This document shows positions 13,701 to 25,700 of a stretch of 64,000 nt of DNA, in pieces. Within the stretch, counting starts at the first letter, position 1. Each line of letters opens with the position of its first letter. The position numbers and the translations under genes are program-made. The notes beneath the pieces were generated by a model. The model was not told the origin of the DNA. It searched no databases and saw only the letters and a list, made by a program, of their open reading frames with translations. This stretch comes from Tubiluchus corallicola (lineage: Eukaryota > Animalia > Priapulida), in contig JAQGDQ010000690.1 of the NCBI GenBank assembly GCA_030141605.1, positions 47,930-111,929 of the forward strand. The letters are read 5' to 3'.

Positions 13701-16700
13701 TCTCCCTGTAGTTAAAATTAGTGAGGCTCTACTTTGGTAAATACTAGTGCTTTTACTGAAGAACCGAGTAACTCGTGTTTGCGTCAGTGGCGTCTCCCAG
13801 TAGTTAAAATTAGTGAGGCTCTACTTTGGTAAATACTAGTGCTTTTACTGAAGAACCGGGAGTAACTCGTGTTTGCGTCAGTGGCGTCTCCCAGTAGTTA
13901 AAATTAGTGAGGCTCTACTTTGGTAAATACTAGTGCTTTTACTGAAGAACCGGGAGTAACTCGTGTTTGCGTCAGTGGCGTCCCCCAGTAGTTAAAATTA
14001 GTGAGGCTCTACTTTGATAAATACTAGCGCTTTTACTGAAGAACCAGGAGTAACTCGTGTTTGCGTCAGTGGCGTCCCCCAGTAGTTAAAATTAGTGAGG
14101 CTCTACTTTGGTAAATACTAGTGCTTTTACTGAAGAACCAGGAGTAACTCGTGTTTGCGTCAGTGGCCTCCCCCTGTAGTTAAAATTAGTGAGGCTCTAC
14201 TTTGGTAAATACTAGCGCTTTTACTGAAGAACCGGGAGTAACTCGTGTTTGCATCAGTGGCGTCCCCCAGTAGTTAAAATTAGTGAGGCTCTACTTTGGT
14301 AAATACTAGTGCTTTTACTGAAGAACCAGGAGTAACTCGTGTTTGCATCAGTGGCGTCCCCCAGTAGTTAAAATTAGTGAGGCTCTACTTTGGTAAATAC
14401 TAGTGCTTTTACTGAAGAACCGGGAGTAACTCGTGTTTGCGTCAGTGGCGTCTCCCTGTAGTTAAAATTAGTGAGGCTCTACTTTGGTAAATACTAGTGC
14501 TTTTACTGAAGAACCAGGAGTAACTCGTGTTTGCATCAGTGGCGTCTCCCAGTAGTTAAAATTAGTGAGGCTCTACTTTGGTAAATACTAGTGCTTTTAC
14601 TGAAGAACCAGGAGTAACTCGTGTTTGCGTCAGTGGCGTCTCCCAGTAGTTAAAATTAGTGAGGCTCTACTTTGGTAAATACTAGTGCTTTTACTGAAGA
14701 ACCAGGAGTAACTCGTGTTTGCGTCAGTGGCGTCTCCCTGTAGTTAAAATTAGTGAGGCTCTACTTTGGTAAATACTAGTGCTTTTACTGAAGAACCAGG
14801 AGTAACTCGTGTTTGCGTCAGTGGCGTCTCCCTGTAGTTAAAATTAGTGAGGCTCTACTTTGGTAAATACTAGTGCTTTTACTGAAGAACCAGGAGTAAC
14901 TTGTGTTTGCGTCAGTGGCGTCTCCCTGTAGTTAAAATTAGTGAGGCTCTACTTTGGTAAATACTAGCACTTTTACTGAAGAACCAGGAGTAACTCGTGT
15001 TTGCGTCAGTGGCGTCTCCCTGTAGTTAAAATTAGTGAGGCTCTACTTTGGTAAATACTAGTGCTTTTACTGAAGAACCGGGAGTAACTCGTGTTTGCGT
15101 CAGTGTCGTCTCCCAGTAGTTAAAATTAGTGAGGCTCTACTTTGGTAAATACTAGTGCTTTTACTGAAGAACCAGGAGTAACTCGTGTTTGCGTCAGTGG
15201 CGTCTCCCAGTAGCTAAAATTAGTGAGGCTCTACTTTGATAAATACTAGTGCTTTTACTGAAGAACCAGGAGTAACTCGTGTTTGCATCAGTGGCGTCCC
15301 CCAGTAGTTAAAATTAGTGAGGCTCTGCTTTGATAAATACTAGTGCTTTTACTGAAGAACCAGGAGTAACTCGTGTTTGCATCAGTGGCGTCTCCCAGTA
15401 GTTAAAATTAGTGAGGCTCTGCTTTGATAAATACTAGTGCTTTTACTGAAGAACCGGGAGTAACTCGTGTTTGCGTCAGTGGCGTCTCCCAGTAGTTAAA
15501 ATTAGTGAGGCTCTACTTTGGTAAATACTAGTGCTTTTACTGAAGAACCGGGAGTAACTCGTGTTTGCGTCAGTGGCGTCTCCCTGTAGCTAAAATTAGT
15601 GAGGCTCTGCTTTGATAAATACTAGCACTTTTACTGAAGAACCAGGAGTAACTCGTGTTTGCGTCAGTGGCATCTCCCTGTAGTTAAAATTAGTGAGGCT
15701 CTACTTTGGTAAATACTAGTGCTTTTACTGAAGAACCGGGAGTAACTCGTGTTTGCGTCAGTGTCGTCCCCCTGTAGTTAAAATTAGTGAGGCGCTGCTT
15801 AAGAAAATTTTTGATAATTGTTTTAATATTGTGTAAAACAAAACAAACATATAAAAAGAAATTTTAGTCAAGAAGAAACACTGCCTTACACTTGCGCAAC
15901 ATTGCCGGACACTGCGCGAGTGACAGTGCTCTCTCTACCTTGCATGCAGCCTCTTGTCTCGGACATGTGCGCGTGGCCGCATGCGCGAGTGACAGTGCTC
16001 TCTCTACCTTGCATGCAGCCTCTTGTCTCGGACATGTGCGCGTGGCCGCATGCGCGCAACAACCTACCACCACATCGCTGGAACTGTGAAGTGCATACTT
16101 CCATACAAGGATTTCTGTAGTTTCATGAACTTGAGGATGGCTGCTGACACTATGCTTAACGTATAAATATTGAGAAAGGATTAAAGAAACGTATTCATTA
16201 TATTGAATGTTATCGATAATATCGAGTGACATTAGGGGGGCGCTTCAGCTCCATGTGAAAAGCAGTGAGAGCTTCGAAAGAAAACCGGGGCAAGTGATTA
16301 AATATATCAGCTTCCAGGAACAATGAGGTTAAAATGCAGTGAACGAAAGGGTGACATATTCAAACCAAAACTGCTACGCTAACATATTAGCACATGTGAT
16401 AAACGCACTGTACCGGCTTACAAACAAAGCTGTACCTAACACGACTGTTTCTACCTATATTATAGTGCAGAAATTTGACGTAAAAGGGAATGAAAAGCAG
16501 TAAAAGCTCTTTTGGTACATACAAGTCTCTTATTTTAAGCACGTGAAGCAAAAATATTGAGTCAATTATCCACACTTTTTTATACATTTGAATAGGAGCG
16601 GCCCATGCCAGATGTTTTTGAGTCAATTAAGCGACAGAGTCAATTAAGTGAGTCTAATGAACGGCGCCTATTATAGCTGCAATTAAAATGATGTGGCTGT

Positions 16701-19700
16701 TAATTCAACAATGCATTTTCCACGTTCTTTTTTGTTACAAGTCCCAAACGTTGTTTTCCAACCAACTGATTTCGGCTACACAAGCACCTTGCATCACCAG
16801 GTCATGCCAATGACCTTGAAGTTCTTAGCACTGGTTCGATCAGTTCTAGAAGCAGCCTGATATCCCTGGAATCTCGCTGGCATCGAACACCTCAGAGCTG
16901 TGAAGAGGCCATTGTCTCTAAAAGCTGTTAACACCTTCATTTCCGCACCACTCAGAACTTGTCTTATGTAAGACCTGTGATCTTTTTGCTACTGTATGAG
17001 CACAGACATCATTGAATGATTACAAATTAGGTACTGTTATGTACAGGAGAATCTCGGCTATGCAGTCATGCAATTTGTTTTAATATTTAATTAGATGAAG
17101 TTAAGCAAAGCATGCCCTCATCAGGCACTCCAGCCTGCTGAGTTGCTTAGTCTGGTGTACACTTGCATGAACTCACACACTATTTTATTGATTGCCTGCT
17201 TGGTACAGCCCAAGCTGTGCAGTATTCTGCTGCTATTCCAGGAAAAACCAACCAATCAGCCAAGGATAAATTAAGGTTGTTTCATCGTTTGACAGCAATT
17301 TCTCCTTAAAAATAGAGTAGACTTGAGACCAAAGTGTATCAGAGCACTGGGTCTGGATAGTTGAAATTTTTGCATTAGCCGATTTCACAGAAGTGCTACT
17401 GTACATTGTTACAGTGCAAACACTGCAGTTATTGGAAACTTTTTTCCATTCTATCATCAAAAGTCGGTTTTTAATTTGTCTAAGATAAACAAATGCATTT
17501 CTTGCACAATTTTACATGAAAATCAAGTGGGTGGGGAGCAGAAACTTACAAAAAATGATCAAATGGAACGTAATCGTTGCTTAGCGAGAGTGGTTTTTCA
17601 TGAAGCCATGCAAAATGCAGCAGGCAAAGGAGTTAAACACAAAGCTCCATTATGATTCACTGATTCGTCGGCGTATCCAGTTTACCATTCCAGTTCATTT
17701 GTAGCCGGATTGTCATCAATTATCTTACTAGTTTATAAAAAAACTTTCTGATCTAAACCCACTCCACAAGATTAATCGCATACCTCGTTAACGTGGTGTA
17801 ATTATCCTCTTTATTTCGTTTCTACACAAAACATTAATACAGTACAATTCACTTAATAGATCCACAGATAATAGATCCAGCCACTTATTGTGGCCACTAT
17901 TGCTGGTGAAGAAATAACCACATCAACCAGCATAAAACATTAATATAGTAGAATTCGCTTAATAGATCCACAGATAATAGATCCAGCCACTTATTGTGGC
18001 CACTATTGCTGGTGAAGCAATAACCACATCAACCAGCATAAAACATTAGTACAGTACAATTCACTTAATAGATCCACAGATAATAGATCCAGCCACTTAT
18101 TGTGGCCACTATTGCTGGTGAAGAAATAACCACATGAACCAACATAAAACATTAATACAGTACAGTTCACTTAATAAATCCACAGATAATAGATCCAGCC
18201 ACTTATTGTGGCCGCTATTGCTGGTGAAGAAATAACCACATCAACCAGCATAAAACATTAATATAGTAGAATTCGCTTAATAGATCCACACATAATAGAT
18301 CCAACCGCTTGTTGTGGCCACTATTGCTAAAACCGAACTGTTTAATACTTTAACCTTGTACAAACCGCTGTTTATTAAATCCAAGTTTTTCATCCGAAAT
18401 CCAAATTATTCAGTAAATAAGTAGCATGTTTATTTCAAATATTGTAAATTACAAGAAACTAGTGAAAGCTTAATCCATATGAACAGAAAGAACTGTACAA
18501 ATCAACATAAAACAATAATTTAGTAGAATCCACTTTTCTTTTACATTGTGATGTCAATATTCTGTGATGTTTTAGTAAAATCTGCAACAGAAGAGAATAT
18601 CTTTGCATTATGAATTTGCAAGGGGAGGCATTTTCTATCAGTGAATGTTTATCCACCTTGATCTTAACCCTTGCTTGATCTTCCTTGATCTCTGTTGTTA
18701 GGAACACGTGGCAACCACATGACAATTGTATTTATATTGTTACTTTTCCATGTTAGAAAAGAGCAGTAACCGCACGCTACAGATCATTCCATTTGTATTT
18801 AACAACACATTCAGCAATCTTGATCCCAGTGTTGAAATTGCTGATGTGTCCCATCAACAGAAAGGGATCATCTTCTTCATTTCGTTTCTAAACTCCTTCA
18901 TTTTTGCTACGTACACAAACACATTAGCCAGTGAATTGCAGTATGCTGGTAGAAGAAACCAGTAATAGTTGTTTGCATTAACCATCTTTGTTTCACCGTG
19001 AACACACAACGTAAAAATGGCGACCACAGTTGGTGTGTAGCACACGAAAAACAACGCTACTATGGTGGCGACAGTCTTCACAGGTTTAAGTTTTGCTTGC
19101 AGTGATGTCGCTCTAGTCACAGTGGTGTCAGATGCCACATGTGTGGAATTTTCTATTTCCCGGACTTGCTTCAATGCAGTTTTCAAGATAGTGATGTAGG
19201 CATAGAAAAATGAAATTAATATCGCTGGAAATACAGTCACCGAGCAGTAAAACACGTACTTTGCATATAATCCATGAGGATTTGGTACACACTTGTATAA
19301 AATATTCCTGTCAATGATGTACAAAATTGACAAAACACCGATTGTGACAGTTTGATAAATCCATGCAAAAATGAGAATGTTTCTTATACGGCGATCGGAC
19401 AGCCAAACGTGATAGCGAAGTGGATACACAATACTAATGTATCGTTCAGCTGTAGCCAGGTAGTAACACGTGGCTGAATTACTCACACCTGCGTGTGGTA
19501 TGACATACAGAAACACGCACATTGTCAGATTTTTCTTCTTCGGATCAACAACACTGAAGATAATCGTTTGTAAAGTGAGACAGATTCCTGAGAACAGATC
19601 AGCTACTGACAAGTTACCCAGTGCATAATACAATGGCTTGTGTAAGCTTGGTGCCCTGGCAATCACTATGATAACGATGCTATTAGCTATAATGATGGCA

Positions 19701-22700
19701 ATGCCTAAAATCAATGACAAAATGTTCACACCGAGTTCAAACTTAGTACGAACTGCATCACTGGTGAAGCTAAAAGTTGCGTTCAGTTCAGGCATTCTGT
19801 CTGCCATCTCTTCACGTTATTGTAGCAAATTATGAGGGAGCTCTACAATGATTCAACTGCATTAATTCATAATTTTGTCTATAAACTTGGTTGTGTGCCT
19901 AGCTAATGTTGCTCGCAGACTGTCTGGGACAAAGGGGATGTCAAAAGTGCATCATCCATTCAACAATGAGTGTTTGTTTTCTAGTGCTGTTATGTTTTCA
20001 TGACGCTTTGTAATTTATTTCTGTGTGTATTTAGCTTAATGCATGCACAAACAGTAGTACATAAATAAGTGGCGTTTTTATTTGCATATCAATATTGTTG
20101 CACGCAGTACAATTGTTCAATATTAAATCGGTAAATAAAACACACAATGTGAAAAAGGACAAGAGGATGAAATGCGGTATAATTTAAGTTATGGGCATGT
20201 TAATTTTTACGTTTTTTTGTTTAGGGGGTGTGCAGTTATTTAAAACATGAAGTATTTCTGTATTAGTACTTTTGCATATTACTTATAAAATAAATTAAGT
20301 GTTAATTACTATTTTTGAATGTGTGTTATTAAATTGTTCTTGCCGTGACAAAGTGTTGCCTGCTTTCAATCTAGGAATTTCATATTTAGTTCGTTATTTT
20401 CATCACAATTTTTCTGCATTACACATGTTTTGATTTTAGTAAGTTTACTTGTAAGGTTTGTGGGAAAAAATATCACGAATTCCTGTTTACTATTGATAAT
20501 TTCAGTGGGTTATAATTAAATTTTGCAGTAGATGTTGTGTATGTGTTCATCTAAGTCTTATTTTGCAAAATGGACACTGAAGTGACCTTGATGGTCTGTA
20601 GTGTCATTTGCACGTTGTGTTTTGTCTTGATGTTGTAAAACTTCTGAGATATTGTGAACACAAATTATAAACAAAATAATAGGAATCCAAATAATATTCT
20701 ATTTTATGCTAATTGTTGGAGGAGTTGGAGTAATGTAGAGTAGTTCACAACTTGTGTAAAAGTTCTAACAACTAATGTAGGTAGAAGTTAAATCGTGTCG
20801 TGCATACTCATGTTGGTTTCCCATGGCTGATGAATTGGTTTCTCTGATGAACTCATCTTTGGCATTTTGGACATGAAATTTGTGCATGTTTTAAAAAATG
20901 AGCAGAGGTGTCGACATGCTGATCTATGTCATCATCTACACTTCCCTGAATGTGAATTCGCCCAATCCACCGTGACGTTGACCTTTGATTGGCATAGCTT
21001 GACCTTAGCCGCTAAGCCTGCAGCAGTCCACTTGGCTACTATATTGATATCGTTGATTATGAGAAACCAAGTGCTATAAATCAGTCAATTTGTTTAACAT
21101 TTAAATGTTACTAATCTTTTTCTCAGTGATAAGATAAAGTATGCATTTTATTTATAGAAAGGAATCATCTTCTTCATTTCATTTCTAAACTCCTCCATTT
21201 TTGCTACGTACACGAACACATTAGCCAGTGAATTGCAGTGTACTGGTTGAAGAAACCAGTAATAGTTGTTTGCATTAACCATCTTTGTTTCACCGTGAAC
21301 ATACAACATGAAAATCGCGACCATAATTGGTGTGTAGCACACAGAAAACAACGCTACTATGATGGCGACAGTCTTCACAGGTTTAAGTTTTGCTTGCAGT
21401 GATGTCACTCTAGTCACAGTGCTGTCAGATGCCACATGTATGGAATTGTCTATTTCCCGGACTTGCTTCAATGCTGTTTTTAAGATAGTGGTGTAGGCGT
21501 AGAAAAATGAAATTAATATCACTGGAAATACAGTCACCGAGCAGTAAAACCCGAACTTTGCATATAATCCATGAGGGTGTGGCACACACTTGTATAGAAT
21601 GTTCCTGTCAATGACGTACAAAATTAACAAAGTACCGAATGTGACAGTTTGATTAATCCATACAAAAATGAGAATGTTTCTTATACGGCGATCGGACAGC
21701 CAAACGTGATAGCGAAGTGGATACACGATACTAATGTATCGTTCAGCTGTAGCCAGGAAGTAACACATGGCTGAATTTCCCACACAAGCATTTGGTATGA
21801 CACACAGAAACACGCACATTGTCAAGTTTTTCTTCTTCGGATCAACAACACTAAAGGCAATCGTTTGTAAAGTGAGACAGATTCCTGAGAACAGATCAGC
21901 TACTGACAAGTTACCCAGTGCATAATACAATGGTTTGTGTAAGCTTGGTGCCCTGGCAATCACTATGATAACGATGCTATTAGCTATAATGATGGCAATG
22001 CCTAAAATCAATGAAAAAATGTTCACACCAAGTTCAAAATTAGTACGAACTACATCATTGGTGAAGCTAAAAGTTGCGTTCAGTTCAGATATTCTGTCTG
22101 CCATCTCTTCATGTTATTCCAGCAAACTGTGTGAAGCCATGCGCAATATTCACTTGTATTTTGAGGCTAAACATGGAAGTTTACCTAGCTAATGGTGGTT
22201 ACAGCATGTCTGTGACAAAAGAGATGCCAAATGCATGAACTAATTAGCAATGGCAGTTCTTTTCTTGTGATGTTAAAATGTTTTCATGCCAATAAGCACT
22301 GAATTACTTGTTGTGTGTATTTAGCTTAATGCATGCACAATAGCAAATTATGAGGGAGCTCTACAATGATTCAACTGCATTAATTCATAATTTTATCTAT
22401 AAACTTGGTTGTGTGCCTAGCTAATGTTGCTCGCAGACTGTCTGGGACAAAGGGGATGTCAAAAGTGCATCATCCATTCAACAATGAGTGTTTGTTTTCT
22501 AGTGCTGTTATGTTTTCATGACGCTTTGTAATTTATTTCTGTGTGTATTTAGCTTAATGCGCAAACAGTAGTACATAAATAAGTGACATTTTTGTTTGCA
22601 TATGAATATTGTTACACACAGTAAAACTGTTTGACATTAAATCGGTAAGGATTTAAATGTAACAAACACTTAGACTAATTTAAGTTGTGAGCATGCTAAT

Positions 22701-25700
22701 TTTTACTGGGGCGTGCACTCATGTAAAACATGAAGTGTTTCTGTATTAATACTTTTGCATATTACTTGTAAAATGAATGAAGTGCTAATTACTATTTTTG
22801 AATGGGTGTTATTAAATTGTTCTTCCCGTGACAAAGTGTTCTCTACTTTCAATATAGGAATTTCATACTTAGTTCATTATTTTCATCACAATTTTACTGT
22901 ATTATGCATGTTTTGTTATTAGTAAGTTTATTAGTTAGGTTTGTGGGAGAAAATATCACGAATTCATAATTAAATTTTGCATTAGATGTTGTGTAAGTGT
23001 TCATCTCAGTCTTATTTTGCAAAATGGGCTTTGAAGTGACCCTGATGGTCTGTAGTGTCATCTGCACTTTTTTTGTCTTGATGTTGTAAAACTTCTAAGA
23101 TATTATGAACACAATTTATAAACAAAATAATAGGAACCAAAGTAATATTCTATTTTATGCTAATTGTTGGAGGAATGGTAGAAGTTGAGTCGTAGTAGTA
23201 CTTAGGTAGAAGTTGAGTCGTGTCGTGCATACTCATGTTAGTTTCCTGTTGCTGATGAATTGGTTTCTCTGATGAACTCATCTTTGGCATTTGGGACATG
23301 AAATTTGTGCGTGTTTTGAAAAATGAGCTGTGGTGTCGACATGTAGACCTATGTCATCATCTACACTTCCCAGAATGTGAAATCGTCCAATCCACTGTGA
23401 CCTTGGTCTTTGATTGGCATCGCTTGACCTTAGCAGCTAAGCCTGCAGCAATCCACTTGGCTACTATATTGATATCGTTGATTATTAGAAACCAAGTGCT
23501 ATAAATCAAATTTGTTTAACATGTCAGTGTTATTAATCTTTTTCTCAGTGATAAGATAAAGCATGCATTTTATTTATAGAAAGGAATCAACTTCTTCATT
23601 TCATTTCTAAACTCCTCCATTTTTGCTACGTACACGAACACATTAGCCAGTGAATTGCAGCATGCTGGTAGAATATACCAGTAATAGTTGTTTGCGTTAA
23701 CCATCTTTGTTTCACCGTGAACATACAACGTAACAATCTGAATCATAATTGGTGTGTAGCACACGAAAAACAATCCTACTATGGTGGCGACAGTCTTCAC
23801 GGGTTTAAGTTTTGCTTGCAGTGATGTCGCTCTAGTCACAGTGCTGTCGGCTGCCACATGTGTGGAATTTTCTATTTCCCGGACTTGCTTCAACGCAGTT
23901 TTTAAGATAGTGATGTAGGCGTAGAAAAATGAAAATAATATCACTGGAAATACAGTCACCAAGCTGTAAAACCCGCACTTTGCATATAATCCACGAGGGT
24001 GTGGTACACACGTGTATAAAATTTTCCTGTCAATGATGTACAAAATTAACAAAGCACTGATTGTGACAGTTTGATAAATCCATGCAAAAATGAGAATGTT
24101 TCTTACATGGCGATTGGACAGCCAAACGTGATAGCGAAGTGGATACACGATACTAATGTATCGTTCAGCTGTAGCCAGGAAGTAACACATGGCTGAATTA
24201 CTCACACAAGCGTATGGTATGACATACAGAAACACACACATTGTCAGGTTTTTCTTCTTCGGATCAACAACACTGAAGATAATCGTTTGTAAAGTGACAC
24301 AGATTCCTGATAACAGATCAGCTACTGACAAGTTACACAGTGCATAATACAATGGTTTGTGTAAGCTTGGTGCCCTGGCTATCACTATGATAACAATGCT
24401 ATTAGCTATAATGATGGCAATACCTAAAGTCAAGGAAAAAATGTTCACACCGAGTTCGATATTAGTATGAACTACATCATTGGTGAAGCTAAAAGTTACA
24501 TTCAGTTCAGGTATTCTGTCTGCAATCTCTTCACGTTATTCTAGCAAATTATAAGGGAGCTCTACATAATCGTTCTCGCAGACTGGCTGGGACAAAGGGG
24601 ATGTCAAAAGTGCATCATCCATTCAACAATGAGTGTTTATTTTCTAGTGCTGTTATGTTTTCATGACGCTTTGTAATTTATTTCTGTGTGTATTTAGCTT
24701 AATGCATGCACAAACAGTAGTACATAAACAACTGACATTTTTGTTTGCATATGAATTTTGTAACACGCAATAAAACTGTTTGATATTAAATCGGTAATGA
24801 TTTAAATGAAACAAACACTTAGACTAATTTAAGTTATGGACATGTTATTTTTTACTTAAATATTTTTTTGTTTAGGGGGTGTGCAGTCATGTAAAACATG
24901 AAGTATTTCTGTATCAGTACTTTTGCATATTACTTATAAAATAAATTAAGTGCTAATTACTATTTTTGAATGTGTGTTATTAAATTGTTCTTGCCGTGAC
25001 AAAGTGTTGCCTGCTTTCAATCTAGGAATTTCGTACTTAGCTCATTATTTTCGTCACAATTTTTCTGAATTACACATGTTTTGTTAGTACTAAGTTTATT
25101 AGTAAGGTTTGTGGGAGAAATTCTTGTTTACTATTGTTAATTTCAGGGGGTTATGATTAAATGTTGCATTAGATGTTGTGTATGTGTTGATCTCAGTCTT
25201 ATTTTGCAAAATGGACATTGCACAGAGCCTAATAGTCTGTAGTGTCATCTGCGCGTTGTGTTTTTTGTCTTGATGTTGTAAAACTTCTGAGATATTGTGA
25301 ACACAATTTATAAACAAAATAATAGGTATCCAAGTAATATTCTATTTTACGCTAATTGTTGGAGTAATTGGAGTAATGTAGAGTAGTTCACAACTTGTGT
25401 AAAAGTGATAGCAACTAATGTAGGTAGAAGTTAAGTCGTGTCGTGCATACTCATGTTGGTTTCCCCCGGCTGATGAATTTGTTTCTCTGATGAAATCGTC
25501 TTTGGCATTTTGGACATGAAATTTGTGCATGTTTTAAAAAATGAGCTGTGGTGTCGACATGTAGATCTATGTCATCATCTACACTTCCCAGAATGTGAAA
25601 TCGTCCCATCCACGGTGACCTTGACCTTTGATTGGGATCTCTTGACCTTAGCCGCTAAGCCTGCAGCAATCCACTTGGCTACTATATTGATATCGTTGAT

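Noticed and set aside
11501-15793. CRISPR-like array or tandem snoRNA/miRNA cluster
   Set aside because: Units are contiguous with no unique spacers and no cas genes in a eukaryotic intron; no proper RTGATGA/CTGA box pair or strong hairpin was seen by eye.
15864-16232. ORFs with a 23-aa repeat on both strands
   Set aside because: Explained by the 69-bp tandem duplication; no protein family features.
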